This document shows, piece after piece, positions 45,401 through 54,800 of a DNA stretch of 64,000 nt. The stretch's first letter is position 1. The number at the start of each line of letters is the position of its first letter. The position numbers were made by a program, and so were the translations under genes. A model generated the notes under the pieces. It was given only the letters and a program-made list of their open reading frames with translations, was not told the origin of the DNA and did not search any database. The stretch is from Tubulanus polymorphus (lineage: Eukaryota; Animalia; Nemertea). The stretch is taken from assembly GCF_964204645.1 (NCBI RefSeq), contig NC_134025.1, forward strand, positions 31,886,788-31,950,787, read 5' to 3'.

Positions 45401-45893
45401 GGTAAACTGAACTGATTTCGAGTAGATGGACTGAAAGATACATATTTTTCTTGCAAAGTAGGGTCCTAAAGATGATAAGTTCTATCTTAATTGATTGGTT
45501 AGGGTGTACTGAACTGATTTCAAATAGATAGGTGGAAAGATTAAGAATTTTCTGGCTATTTATGCTCCTGAAGATGATGGACTCGATCTGAAACGATAGG
45601 TTAAGGTAAACTGAACTGATTTCGTGTAGATTGACTGAAAGATACAGATTTTTCTTGCAAAATAGGGTCCTAAAGATGATGAATTCTATCTTAATTGATG
45701 GGTTAGGGTGTACTGAACTGATTTCAAATAGATAGGTTGAAAGAATCAGAATTTTCTGGCTGCTTTTTGTTCTGAAGATGATGGATTCAACCTGAAAAGA
45801 TGTGTTAAGGCGTATTGAACTGATTTCAAATAGATGGGTGGAAAGATTAAGAATTTTCTGGCTATTTATGCTCCTGAAGATGATGGACTCCAT
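27120..45893 (-). CDS. Stop-free frame of 6257 codons made only of 34-aa repeats; probably a by-product of the satellite, not a gene
   Basis: From the ORF track. It begins at an internal ATC->ATG variant downstream of a sporadic TAA at 45957 and ends by frameshift at the T insertion (tail ENQFNSPKPIFSD). Confidence 0.12.
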   Translation of the reverse strand: MESIIFRSINSQKILNLSTHLFEISSIRLNTSFQVESIIFRTKSSQKILILSTYLFEISSVHPNPSIKIEFIIFRTLFCKKNLYLSVNLHEISSVYLNLSFQIESIIFRSINSQKILNLSTYLFEISSVHPNQSIKIELIIFRTLLCKKNMYLSVHLLEISSVYLNLSFQIESIIFRSISTQKMLNLSTYLFEISSIRLNTSFQIESIIFRTKSSQKILILSTYLFEISSVHPNPSIKIEFIIFRTLFCKKNLYLSVHLLEISSVYLNLSFQIESIIFRSINSQKILNLSTYLFEISSIRLNPSFQIESIIFRTKSSQKILILSTYLFDISSLHPNPLIKIEFIIFRTLICNKNLYLTSHLLGISSVYLNLSFQMESIIFRSINSQKILNLSTHLFEISSIRLNPSFQIESINFRSKSSQKILNLSTNLLNISSVHPNPTIKIEFIIFRTLFCKKNLYLSVHLLEISSVYLNLSFQIESIIFRSINSQKILNLSTYLFEISSIRLSPSFQIESIIFRTKGSQKILILSTYLFEISSVHPNPSIKIEFIIFRTLFCKKNLYLSVHLLEISSVYLNLSFQIESIIFRSINSQKILNLSTYLFEISSIRLSPSFQIESIIFRTKGSQKILILSTYLFEISSVHPNPSTKIEFIISRTLFCKKNLFLSVHLLEISSVYLTLSFQIESIIFRRISTQKILNHSTYLFEISSIRLNTSFQIESIIFRTKSSQKILILSTYVFEISSVHPNPSIKIELIIFRTLFCKKNLYLSVHLLEISSVYLNLSFQIESIIFRSINSQKILNLSTYLFEVSSVHSNPSIKIELIIFRTLFCKKNLYLSVHLLEISSVYLNLSFQIESIIFRSINSQKILNLSTYLFEVSSVHSNPSIKIELIIFRTLFCKKNLYLSVHLLQISSVYLNISFQIESIIFRSINSQKILNLSTYLFEISSIRLNTSFQIESIIFRTKSSQKILILSTYLFEISSVHPNPSIKIELIIFRTLFCKKNLYLSVHLLEISSVYLNLSFQIESIIFRSINSQKILNLSTYLFEISSIRLNTSFQIESIIFRTKSSQKILILSTYLFEISSVHPNPSIKIELIIFRTLFCKKNLYLSVHLLEISSVYLNLSFQIECIILRSINSQKILNLSTYLFEISSIRLNTSFQIESIIFRTKSSQKILILSTYLFEISSVHPNPSIKIELIIFRTLFCKKNLYLSVHLLEISSVCLNLSFQIESIIFRSISTQKILNRSTYLFEISSIRLNTSFQVESIIFRTKSSQKILILSTYLFEISSVHPNPSIKIEFIIFRTLFCKKNLYLSVHLHEISSVYLNLTFQIESIIFRSINSQKILNLSTYLFEISSVHPNPSIKIELIIFRTLFCKKNLYLSVHLLQISSVYLNLSFQIESIIFRSINSQKILNLSTYLFEISSIRLNPSFQIVSINFRSISSQKILNLSTNLLNINSVHPNPTIKIEFIIFRTLFCKKNLYLSVHLLEISSVYLNLSFQIESIIFRSINSQKILNLSTYPFEISSIRLSPSFQIESIIFRTKGSQKILILSTYLFEISSFHPNPSIKIEFIIFRTLFCKKDLYLSVHLLEISSVYLNLSFQIESIIFRSISTQKILNLSTYLFEISSIRLNTSFQIESIIFRTKSSQKILILSTYLFEISSVHPNPSIKIELIIFRTLFCKKNLYLSVHLLEISSVCLNLSFQIESIIFRSISTQKILNLSTYLFEISSIRLNTSFQVESIIFRTKSSQKILILSTYLFEISSVHPNPSIKIEFIIFRTLFCKKNLYLSVNLHEISSVYLNLSFQIESIIFRSINSQKILNLSTYLFEISSVHPNQSIMIELIILRTLLCKKNMYLSVHLLEISSVYLNLSFQIESIIFRSISTQKMLNLSTYLFEISSIRLNTSFQIESIIFRTKSSQKIRILSTYLFEISSVHPNPSIKIEFIIFRTLFCKKNLYLSVHLLEISSVYLNLSFQIESIIFRSINSQKILNLSTYLFEISSIRLNPSFQIESIIFRTKSSQKILILSTYLFDISSLHPNPLIKIEFIIFRTLICNKNLYLTSHLLGISSVYLNLSFQMESIIFRSINSQKILNLSTHLFEISSIRLNPSFQIESINFRSISSQKILNLSTNLLNISSVHPNPTIKIEFIIFRTLFCKKNLYLSVHLLEISSVYLNLSFQIESIIFRSINSQKILNLSTYLFEISSIRLSPSFQIESIIFRTKGSQKILILSTYLFEISSVHPNPSIKIEFIIFRTLFCKKNLYLSVHLLEISSVYLNLSFQIESIIIRSIKSQKILNLSTYLFEISSIRLSPSFQIESIIFRTKGSQKILILSTYLFEISSVHPNPSIKIEFIISRTLFCKKNLYLSVHLLEISSVYLTLSFQIESIIFRRISTQKILNHSTYLFEISSIRLNTSFQIESIIFRTKSSQKILILSTYVFEISSVHPNPSIKIEFIIFRTLFCKKNLYLSVHLLEISSVYLNLSFQIESIIFRSINSQKILNLSTYLFEVSSVHSNPSIKIELIIFRTLFCKKNLYLSIHLLEISSVYLNLSFQIESIIFRSINSQKILNLSTYLFEVSSVHSNPSIKIELIIFRTLFCKKNLYLSVHLLQISSVYLNLSFQIESIIFRSINSQKILNLSTYLFEISSIRLNTSFQIESIIFRTKSSQKILILSTYLFEISSVHPNPSIKIELIIFRTLFCKKNLYLSVHLLEISSVYLNLSFQIESIIFRSINSQKILNLSTYLFEISSIRLNTSFQIESIIFRTKSSQKILILSTYLFEISSVHPNPSIKIELIIFRTLFCKKNLYLSVHLLEISSVYLNLSFQIECIILRSINSQKILNLSTYLFEISSIRLNTSFQIESIIFRTKSSQKILILSTYLFEISSVHPNPSIKIELIIFRTLFCKKNLYLSVHLLEISSVCLNLSFQIESIIFRSISTQKILNLSTYLFEISSIRLNTSFQVESIIFRTKSSQKILILSTYLFEISSVHPNPSIKIEFIIFRTLFCKKNLYLSVHLHEISSVYLNLTFQIESIIFRSINSQKILNLSTYLFEISSVHPNQSIKIELIIFRTKSSQKILNLSTYLFEISSIRLNPSFQIESIIFRTKSSQKILILSTYLFDISSLHPNPLIKIEFIIFRTLFCNKNLYLSSHLLGISSVYLNLSFQIESIIFRSINSQKILNLSTYLFEISSIRLNPSFQIESINFRTISSQKILNLSTNLLNISSVHPNPTIKIEFIIFRTLFCKKNLYLSVHLLEISSVCLNLSFQIESIIFRSISTQKILNLSTYLFEISSIRPNPSIKIEFIIFRTLFCKKNLYLSVHLHEISSVYLNLSFQIESIIFRSINSQKILNLSTYLFEISSVHPNPSIKIEFIIFRTLFCKKNLYLSVHLLEISSVYLNLSFQIDSIIFRSVKSQKILNLSTYLFEISSIRLNPSFQIESIIFRTKSSQKILILSTYLFDISSLHPNPLNKIEFIIFRTLICNKNLYLTSHLLGISSVYLNLSFQMESIIFRSINSQKILNLSTYLFEISSIRLNPSFQIESINFRSISSQKILNLSTNLLNISSVHPNPTIKIEFIIFRTLFCKKNLYLSVHLLEISSVYLNLSFQMESIIFRSINSQKILNLSTYLFEISSIRLNPSFQIESINFRSISSQKILNLSTNLLNISSVHPNPTIKIEFIIFRTLFCKKNLYLSVHLLEISSVYLNLSFQIESIIFRSINSQKILNLSTYLFEISSIRLSPSFQIESIIFRTKGSKKILILSTYLFEISSVHPNPSIKIEFIIFRTLFCKKNLYLSVHLLEISSVYLNLSFQIESIIFRSISTQKILNLSTYLFEISSIRLNTSFQIESIIFRTKSSQKILILSTYLFEISSVHPNPSIKIELIIFRTLFCKKNLYLSVHLLEISSVCLNLSFQIESIIFRSMSTQKILNLSTYLFEISSIRLNTSFQVESIIFRTKSSQKILILSTYLFEISSVHPNPSIKIEFIIFRTLFCKKNLYLSVNLHEISSVYLNLSFQIESIIFRSINSQKILNLSTYLFEISSVHPNQSIKIELIIFRTLLCKKNMYLSVHLLEISSVYLNLSFQIESIIFRSINSQKILNLSTYLFEISSIRLNTSFQIESIIFRTKSSQKIRILSTYLFEISSVHPNPSIKIEFIIFRTLFCKKNLYLSVHLLEISSVYLNLSFQIESIIFRSINSQKILNLSTYLFEISSICLNPSFQIESIIFRTKSSQKILILSTYLFDISSLHPNPLIKIEFIIFRTLICNKNLYLTSHLLGISSVYLNLSFQMESIIFRSINSQKILNLSTHLFEISSIRLNPSFQIESINFRSISSQKILNLSTNLLNISSVHPNPTIKIEFIIFRTLFCKKNLYLSVHLLEISSVYLNLSFQIESIIFRSINSQKILNLSTYLFEISSIRLSPSFQIESIIFRTKGSQKILILSTYLFEISSVHPNPSIKIEFIIFRTLFCKKNLYLSVHLLEISSVYLNLSFQIESIIIRSINSQKILNLSTYLFEISSIRLSPSFQIESIIFRTKGSQKILILSTYLFEISSVHPNPSIKIEFIISRTLFCKKNLYLSVHLLEISSVYLTLSFQIESIIFRRISTQKILNHSTYLFEISSIRLNTSFQIESIIFRTKSSQKILILSTYVFEISSVHPNPSIKIEFIIFRTLFCKKNLYLSVHLLEISSVYLNLSFQIESIIFRSINSQKILNLSTYLFEVSSVHSNPSIKIELIIFRTLFCKKNLYLSIHLLEISSVYLNRSFQIESIIFRSINSQKILNLSTYLFEVSSVHSNPSIKIELIIFRTLFCKKNLYLSVHLLQISSVYLNLSFQIESIIFRSINSQKILNLSTYLFEISSIRLNTSFQIESIIFRTKSSQKILILSTYLFEISSVHPNPSIKIELIIFRTLFCKKNLYLSVHLLEISSVYLNLSFQIESIIFRSINSQKILNLSTYLFEISSIRLNTSFQIESIIFRTKSSQKILILSTYLFEISSVHPNPSIKIELIIFRTLFCKKNLYLSVHLLEISSVYLNLSFQIECIILKSINSQKILNLSTYLFEISSIRLNTSFQIESIIFRTKSSQKILILSTYLFEISSVHPNPSIKIELIIFRTLFCKKNLYLSVHLLEISSVCLNLSFQIESIIFRSISTQKILNLSTYLFEISSIRLNTSFQVESIIFRTKSSQKILILSTYLFEISSVHPNPSIKIEFIIFRTLFCKKNLYLSVHLHEISSVYLNLTFQIESIIFRSINSQKILNLSTYLFEISSVHPNQSIKIEFIIFRTLFCNKNLYLSSHLLGISSVYLNLSFQIESIIFRSINSQKILNLSTYLFEISSIRLNPSFQIESINFRTISSQKILNLSTNLLNISSVHPNPTIKIEFIIFRTLFCKKNLYLSVHLLEISSVCLNLSFQIESIIFRSISTQKILNLSTYLFEISSIRPNPSIKIEFIIFRTLFCKKNLYLSVHLHEISSVYLNLSFQIESIIFRSINSQKILNLSTYLFEISSVHPNPSIKIEFIIFRTLFCKKNLYLSVHLLEISSVYLNLSFQIDSIIFRSVKSQKILNLSTYLFEISSIRLNPSFQIESIIFRTKSSQKILILSTYLFDISSLHPNPLNKIEFIIFRTLICNKNLYLTSHLLGISSVYLNLSFQMESIIFRSINSQKILNLSTYLFEISSIRLNPSFQIESINFRSISSQKILNLSTNLLNISSVHPNPTIKIEFIIFRTLFCKKNLYLSVHLLEISSVYLNLSFQIESIIFRSINSQKILNLSTYLFEISSIRLSPSFQIESIIFRTKGSKKILILSTYLFEISSVHPNPSIKIEFIIFRTLFCKKNLYLSVHLLEISSVYLNLSFQIESIIFRSISTQKILNLSTYLFEISSIRLNTSFQIESIIFRTKSSQKILILSTYLFEISSVHPNPSIKIELIIFRTLFCKKNLYLSVHLLEISSVCLNLSFQIESIIFRSMSTQKILNLSTYLFEISSIRLNTSFQVESIIFRTKSSQKILILSTYLFEISSVHPNPSIKIEFIIFRTLFCKKNLYLSVNLHEISSVYLNLSFQIESIIFRSINSQKILNLSTYLFEISSVHPNQSIKIELIIFRTLLCKKNMYLSVHLLEISSVYLNLSFQIESIIFRSISTQKMLNLSTYLFEISSIRLNTSFQIEFIIFRTKSSQKILILSTYLFEINSVHPNPSIKIEFVIFRTLFCKKNLYLSVHLLEISSVDLNLSFQIDSIIFRSIKSQKILNLSTYLFENQFNSPKPIFSD
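27600..40300. repeat. Tandem block duplication with offset growing 6120 -> 6426 -> 6630 bp (60, 63, 65 monomers)
   Basis: GGTACTCATG 28011/34131, TACGCTCC 29241/35667, GAATGATTCA 32071/38701, AATCCGA 33504/40134. Boundaries are approximate. Confidence 0.85.
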
Positions 45894-48800
45894 CTGAAAT
45901 GATAGGTTAAGGTAAACTGAACTGATTCCGAGTAGATGGGATGTAAGATACAGATTTTAGTTGCAAATTAGGGTCCTAAAGATGATGAATTCTATCTTAA
46001 TTAATGGGTTAGGGTGTAATGAACTGATGTCAAATAGATAGGTTGAAAGAATCAGAATTTTCTGGCTGCTTTTGGTTCTGAAGATGATGGATTCAATCTG
46101 AAAAGATGGGTTTAGGCGAATTGAACTGATTTCAAATAGATAGGTGGAAAGATTCAGAATTTTCTGGCTATTTATGCTCCTGAAGATGATGGACTCGATC
46201 TGAAACGATAGGTTAAGGTAAACTGAACTGATTTCGAGTAGATGGACTGAAAGATACAGATTTTTCTTGCAAAATAGGGTCCTAAAGATGATGAATTCTA
46301 TCTTAATTGATGGGTTAGGGTGTACTGAACTGATTTCAAATAGATAGGTTGAAAGAATCAGAATTTTCTGGCTGCTTTTGGTTCTGAAGATGATGGATTC
46401 AATCTGAAAAGATGTGTTAAGGCGTATTGAACTGATTTCAAATAGATAGGTGGAAAGATTTAGCATTTTCTGGGTACTGATGCTCCTGAAGATGATGGAC
46501 TCGATCTGAAATGATAGGTTAAGGTAAACTGAACTGATTTCGAGTAGATGGACTGAAAGATACATATTTTTCTTGCAAAGTAGGGTCCTAAAGATGATAA
46601 GTTCTATCTTAATTGATTGGTTAGGGTGTACTGAACTGATTTCAAATAGATAGGTGGAAAGATTAAGAATTTTCTGGCTATTTATGCTCCTGAAGATGAT
46701 GGACTCGATCTGAAACGATAGGTTAAGGTAAACTGAACTGATTTCGTGTAGATTGACTGAAAGATACAGATTTTTCTTGCAAAATAGGGTCCTAAAGATG
46801 ATGAATTCTATCTTAATTGATGGGTTAGGGTGTACTGAACTGATTTCAAATAGATAGGTTGAAAGAATCAGAATTTTCTGGCTGCTTTTTGTTCTGAAGA
46901 TGATGGATTCAACCTGAAAAGATGTGTTAAGGCGTATTGAACTGATTTCAAATAGATAGGTGGAAAGATTCAGAATTTTCTGGGTACTTATGCTCCTGAA
47001 GATGATGGACTCGATCTGAAATGATAGGTTAAGGTAAACTGAACTGATTTCGAGTAGATGGACTGAAAGATACAGATTTTTCTTGCAAAATAGGGTCCTA
47101 AAGATGATGAATTCTATCTTAATTGATGGGTTAGGGTGAAATGAACTGATTTCAAATAGATAGGTGGAAAGAATCAGAATTTTCTGGCTGCCTTTGGTTC
47201 TGAAGATGATGGACTCAATCTGAAAAGATGGGCTAAGGCGTATGGAACTGATTTCAAATAGATAGGTGGAAAGATTAAGAATTTTCTGGCTATTTATGCT
47301 CCTGAAGATGATGGACTCGATCTGAAATGATAGGTTAAGGTAAACTGAACTGATTTCGAGTAGATGGACTGAAAGATACAGATTTTTCTTGCAAAATAGG
47401 GTCCTAAAGATGATGAATTCTATCTTAATTGTTGGGTTAGGGTGTACTGAACTGATGTTCAATAGATTGGTTGAAAGATTCAGAATTTTCTGACTACTTA
47501 TACTTCTGAAGTTGATTGAAACAATCTGAAAAGATGGGTTAAGGCGTATTGAACTGATTTCAAATAGATAGGTGGAAAGATTAAGAATTTTCTGGCTATT
47601 TATGCTCCTGAAGATGATGGACTCGATCTAAAATGATAGGTTAAGGTAAACTGAACTGATTTGGAGAAGATGGACTGAAAGATACAGATTTTTCTTGCAA
47701 AATAGGGTCCTAAAGATGATGAGTTCTATCTTAATTGATGGGTTAGGGTGTACTGAACTGATTTCAAATAGATAGGTGGAAAGATTAAGAATTTTCTGGC
47801 TATTTATGCTCCTGAAGATGATGGACTCGATCTGAAACGATAGGTTAAGGTAAACTGAACTGATTTCGAGTAGATGGACTGAAAGATACAGATTTTTCTT
47901 GCAAAATAGGGTCCTAAAGATGATGAATTCTATCTTAATTGATGGGTTAGGGTGTACTGAACTGATTTCAAATAGATAGGTTGAAAGAATCAGAATTTTC
48001 TGGCTGCTTTTGGTTCTGAAGATGATGGATTCAATCTGAAAAGATGTGTTAAGGCGTATTGAACTGATTTCAAATAGATAGGTGGAAAGATTTAGCATTT
48101 TCTGGGTACTGATGCTCCTGAAGATGATGGACTCGATCTGAAATGATAGGTTAAGGTAAACTGAACTGATTTCGAGTAGATGGACTGAAAGATACATATT
48201 TTTCTTGCAAAGTAGGGTCCTAAAGATGATAAGTTCTATCTTAATTGATTGGTTAGGGTGTACTGAACTGATTTCAAATAGATAGGTGGAAAGATTAAGA
48301 ATTTTCTGGCTATTTATGCTCCTGAAGATGATGGACTCGATCTGAAACGATAGGTTAAGGTAAACTGAACTGATTTCGTGTAGATTGACTGAAAGATACA
48401 GATTTTTCTTGCAAAATAGGGTCCTAAAGATGATGAATTCTATCTTAATTGATGGGTTAGGGTGTACTGAACTGATTTCAAATAGATAGGTTGAAAGAAT
48501 CAGAATTTTCTGGCTGCTTTTGGTTCTGAAGATGATGGATTCAACCTGAAAAGATGTGTTAAGGCGTATTGAACTGATTTCAAATAGATAGGTGGAAAGA
48601 TTCAGAATCTTCTGGGTACTTATGCTCCTGAAGATGATGGACTCGATCTGAAATGATAGGTTAAGGCAAACTGAACTGATTTCGAGTAGATGGACTGAAA
48701 GATACAGATTTTTCTTGCAAAATAGGGTCCTAAAGATGATGAGTTCTATCTTAATTGATGGGTTAGGGTGTACTGAACTGATTTCAAATAGATAGGTTGA

Positions 48801-51800
48801 AAGAATCAGAATTTTCTGGCTGCTTTTGGTTCTGAAGATGATGGATTCGATTTGAAAAGATGTGTTAAGGCGTATTGAACTGATTTCAAATAGATAGGTG
48901 GAAAGATTCAGAATTTTCTGGGTACTTATGCTCCTGAAGATGATGGACTCGATCTGAAATGATAGGTTAAGGTAAACTGAACTGATTTCGAGTAGATGGA
49001 CTGAAAGATACAGATTTTTCTTGCAAAATAGGGTCCTAAAGATGATGAATTCTATCTTAATTGATGGGTTAGGGTGAAATGAACTGATTTCAAATAGATA
49101 GGTGGAAAGAATCAGAATTTTCTGGCTGCCTTTGGTTCTGAAGATGATGGACTCAATCTGAAAAGATGGGCTAAGGCGTATGGAACTGATTTCAAATAGA
49201 TAGGTGGAAAGATTAAGAATTTTCTGGCTATTTATGCTCCTGAAGATGATGGACTCGATCTGAAATGATAGGTTAAGGTAAACTGAACTGATTTCGAGTA
49301 GATGGACTGAAAGATACAGATTTTTCTTGCAAAATAGGGTCCTAAAGATGATGAATTCTATCTTAATTGTTGGGTTAGGGTGTACTGAACTGATGTTCAA
49401 TAGATTGGTTGAAAGATTCAGAATTTTCTGACTACTTATACTTCTGAAGTTGATTGAAACAATCTGAAAAGATGGGTTAAGGCGTATTGAACTGATTTCA
49501 AATAGATAGGTGGAAAGATTAAGAATTTTCTGGCTATTTATGCTCCTGAAGATGATGGACTCGATCTAAAATGATAGGTTAAGGTAAACTGAACTGATTT
49601 GGAGAAGATGGACTGAAAGATACAGATTTTTCTTGCAAAATAGGGTCCTAAAGATGATGAGTTCTATCTTAATTGATGGGTTAGGGTGTACTGAACTGAT
49701 TTCAAATAGATAGGTGGAAAGATTAAGAATTTTCTGGCTATTTATGCTCCTGAAGATGATGGACTCGATCTGAAACGTTAGGTTAAGGTAAACTGAACTG
49801 ATTTCGTGTAGATGGACTGAAAGATACAGATTTTTCTTGCAAAATAGGGTCCTAAAGATGATGAATTCTATCTTAATTGATGGGTTAGGGTGTACTGAAC
49901 TGATTTCAAATAGATAGGTTGAAAGAATCAGAATTTTCTGGCTGCTTTTGGTTCTGAAGATGATGGATTCAACCTGAAAAGATGTGTTAAGGCGTATTGA
50001 ACTGATTTCAAATAGATAGGTGGAAAGATTCAGAATCTTCTGGGTACTTATGCTCCTGAAGATGATGGACTCGATCTGAAATGATAGGTTAAGGCAAACT
50101 GAACTGATTTCGAGTAGATGGACTGAAAGATACAGATTTTTCTTGCAAAATAGGGTCCTAAAGATGATGAGTTCTATCTTAATTGATGGGTTAGGGTGTA
50201 CTGAACTGATTTCAAATAGATAGGTTGAAAGAATCAGAATTTTCTGGCTGCTTTTGGTTCTGAAGATGATGGATTCAATTTGAAAAGATGTGTTAAGGCG
50301 TATTGAACTGATTTCAAATAGATAGGTGGAAAGATTAAGAATTTTCTGGCTATTTATGCTCCTGAAGATGATGGACTCGATCTGAAATGATAGGTTAAGG
50401 TAAACTGAACTGATTTCGAGTAGATGGACTGAAAGATACAGATTTTTCTTGCAAAATAGGGTCCTAAAGATGATGAGTTCTATCTTAATTGATGGGTTAG
50501 GGTGCACTGAACTGATTTCAAATAGAAAGGTGGAAAGATTAGGAATTTTCTGGTTATTTATGCTCCTGAAGATGATGGACTCGATCTGAAATGATAGGTT
50601 AAGGTCAACTGAACTGATTTCGAGCAGATGGACTGAAAGATACAGATTTTTCTTGCAAAATAGAGTCCTAAAGGTGACGAATTCTATCTTAATTGATGGG
50701 TTAGGGTGAACTGAACTGATTTCAAATAGATAGGTGGAAAGAATCAGAATTTTCTGGCTTCCTTTGGTTCTGAAGATGATGGACTCAATCTGAAAAGATT
50801 GGCTAAGGCGTATTGAACTGATTTCAAATAGATAGTTGGAAAGATTAAGAATTTTCTGGCTATTTATGCTCCTGAAGATGATGGACTCGATCTTAAATGA
50901 TAGGTTAAGGTAAACTGAACTGATTTCGAGTAGATGGACTGAAAGATACAGATTTATCTTGCAAAATAGGGTCCTAAAGATGATGAATTCTATCTTAATT
51001 GTTGGGTTAGGGTGTACTGAACTGATGTTCAATAGATTGGTTGAAAGATTCAGAATTTTCTGACTACTTATACTTCTGAAGTTGATTGATTCAATCTGAA
51101 AAGATGGGTTAAGGCGTATTGAACGGATTTCAAATAGATGGGTGGAAAGATTAAGAATTTTCTGGCTATTTATGCTCCTGAAGATGATGGACTCGATCTG
51201 AAATGATAGGTTAAGGTAAACTGAACTGATTCCGAGTAGATGGGATGTAAGATACAGATTTTTGTTGCAAATTAGGGTCCTAAAGATGATGAATTCTATC
51301 TTAATTAATGGGTTAGGGTGTAATGAACTGATGTCCAATAGATAGGTTGAAAGAATCAGAATTTTCTGGCTGCTTTTGGTTCTGAAGATGATGGATTCAA
51401 TCTGAAAAGATGGGTTTAGGCGAATTGAACTGATTTCAAATAGATAGGTGGAAAGATTCAGAATTTTCTGGCTATTTATGCTCCTGAAGATGATGGACTC
51501 GATCTGAAACGATAGGTTAAGGTAAACTGAACTGATTTCGAGTAGATGGACTGAAAGATACAGATTTTTCTTGCAAAATAGGGTCCTAAAGATGATGAAT
51601 TCTATCTTGATTGATGGGTTAGGGTGTACTGAACTGATTTCAAATAGATAGGTTGAAAGAATCAGAATTTTCTGGCTGCTTTTGGTTCTGAAGATGATGG
51701 ATTCAATCTGAAAAGATGTGTTAAGGCGTATTGAACTGATTTCAAATAGATAGGTGGAAAGATTTAGCATTTTCTGGGTACTGATGCTCCTGAAGATGAT

Positions 51801-54800
51801 GGACTCGATCTGAAATGATAGGTTAAGGTAAACTGAACTGATTTCGAGTAGATGGACTGAAAGATACATATTTTTCTTGCAAAGTAGGGTCCTAAAGATG
51901 ATAAGTTCTATCTTAATTGATTGGTTAGGGTGTACTGAACTGATTTCAAATAGATAGGTGGAAAGATTAAGAATTTTCTGGCTATTTATGCTCCTGAAGA
52001 TGATGGACTCGATCTGAAACGATAGGTTAAGGTAAAATGAACTGATTTCGTGTAGATTGACTGAAAGATACAGATTTTTCTTGCAAAATAGGGTCCTAAA
52101 GATGATGAATTCTATCTTAATTGATGGGTTAGGGTGTACTGAACTGATTTCAAATAGATAGGTTGAAAGAATCAGAATTTTCTGGCTGCTTTTGGTTCTG
52201 AAGATGATGGATTCAACCTGAAAAGATGTGTTAAGGCGTATTGAACTGATTTCAAATAGATAGGTGGAAAGATTCAGAATCTTCTGGGTACTTATGCTCC
52301 TGAAGATGATGGACTCGATCTGAAATGATAGGTTAAGGCAAACTGAACTGATTTCGAGTAGATGGACTGAAAGATACAGATTTTTCTTGCAAAATAGGGT
52401 CCTAAAGATGATGAGTTCTATCTTAATTGATGGGTTAGGGTGTACTGAACTGATTTCAAATAGATAGGTTGAAAGAATCAGAATTTTCTGGCTGCTTTTG
52501 GTTCTGAAGATGATGGACTCAATCTGAAAAGATGGGCTAAGGCGTATTGAACTGATTTCAAATAGATAGGTGGAAAGATTAAGAATTTTCTGGCTTTTTA
52601 TGCTCCTGATGATGATGGACTCGATCTGAAATGATAGGTTAAGGTAAACTGAACTGATTTCGAGTAGATGGACTGAAAGATACAGATTTTTCTTGCAAAA
52701 AAGGGTCCTAAAGATGATGAATTCTATCTTAATTGATGGGTTAGGGTGAACTGAACTGATTTCAAATAGATAGGTGGAAAGAATCAGAATTTTCTGGCTG
52801 CCTTTGGTTCTGAAGATGATGGACTCAATCTGAAAAGATGGGCTAAGGCGTATGGAACTGATTTCAAATAGATAGGTGGAAAGATTAAGAATTTTCTGGC
52901 TATTTATGCTCCTGAAGATGATGGACTCGATCTGAAATGATAGGTTAAGGTAAACTGAACTGATTTCGAGTAGATGGACTGAAAGATACAGATTTTTCTT
53001 GCAAAATAGGGTCCTAAAGATGATGAATTCTATCTTAATTGTTGGGTTAGGGTGTACTGAACTGATGTTCAATAGATTGGTTGAAAGATTCAGAATTTTC
53101 TGACTACTTATACTTCTGAAGTTGATTGATTCAATCTGAAAAGATGGGTTAAGGCGTATTGAACTGATTTCAAATAGATGGGTGGAAAGATTAAGAATTT
53201 TCTGGCTATTTATGCTCCTGAAGATGATGGACTCCATCTGAAATGATAGGTTAAGGTAAACTGAACTGATTCCGAGTAGATGGGATGTAAGATACAGATT
53301 TTTGTTGCAAATTAGGGTCCTAAAGATGATGAATTCTATCTTAATTAATGGGTTAGGGTGTAATGAACTGATGTCAAATAGATAGGTTGAAAGAATCAGA
53401 ATTTTCTGGCTGCTTTTGGTTCTGAAGATGATGGATTCAATCTGAAAAGATGGGTTTAGGCGAATTGAACTGATTTCAAATAGATAGGTGGAAAGATTCA
53501 GAATTTTCTGGCTATTTATGCTCCTGAAGATGATGGACTCGATCTGAAACGATAGGTTAAGGTAAACTGAACTGATTTCGAGTAGATGGACTGAAAGATA
53601 CAGATTTTTCTTGCAAAATAGGGTCCTAAAGATGATGAATTCTATCTTAATTGATGGGTTAGGGTGTACTGAACTGATTTCAAATAGATAGGTTGAAAGA
53701 ATCCGAATTTTCTGGCTGCTTTTGGTTCTGAAGATGATGGATTCAATCTGAAAAGATGTGTTAAGGCGTATTGAACTGATTTCAAATAGATAGGTGGAAA
53801 GATTTAGCATTTTCTGGGTACTGATGCTCCTGAAGATGATGGACTCGATCTGAAATGATAGGTTAAGGTAAACTGAACTGATTTCGAGTAGATGGACTGA
53901 AAGATACATATTTTTCTTGCAAAGTAGGGTCCTTAAGATGATAAGTTCTATCATAATTGATTGGTTAGGGTGTACTGAACTGATTTCAAATAGATAAGTG
54001 GAAAGATTAAGAATTTTCTGGCTATTTATGCTCCTGAAGATGATGGACTCGATCTGAAACGATAGGTTAAGGTAAACTGAACTGATTTCGTGTAGATTGA
54101 CTGAAAGATACAGATTTTTCTTGCAAAATAGGGTCCTAAAGATGATGAATTCTATCTTAATTGATGGGTTAGGGTGTACTGAACTGATTTCAAATAGATA
54201 GGTTGAAAGAATCAGAATTTTCTGGCTGCTTTTGGTTCTGAAGATGATGGATTCAACCTGAAAAGATGTGTTAAGGCGTATTGAACTGATTTCAAATAGA
54301 TAGGTGGAAAGATTCAGAATCTTCTGGGTACTTATGCTCCTGAAGATGATGGACTCGATCTGAAATGATAGGTTAAGGCAAACTGAACTGATTTCGAGTA
54401 GATGGACTGAAAGATACAGATTTTTCTTGCAAAATAGGGTCCTAAAGATGATGAGTTCTATCTTAATTGATGGGTTAGGGTGTACTGAACTGATTTCAAA
54501 TAGATAGGTTGAAAGAATCAGAATTTTCTGGCTGCTTTTGGTTCTGAAGATGATGGATTCGATTTGAAAAGATGTGTTAAGGCGTATTGAACTGATTTCA
54601 AATAGATAGGTGGAAAGATTCAGAATTTTCTGGGTACTTATGCTCCTGAAGATGATGGACTCGATCTGAAATGATAGGTTAAGGTAAACTGAACTGATTT
54701 CGAGTAGATGGACTGAAAGATACAGATCTTTCTTGCAAAATAGGGTCCTAAAGATGATGAATTCTATCTTAATTGATGGGTTAGGGTGAAATGAACTGAT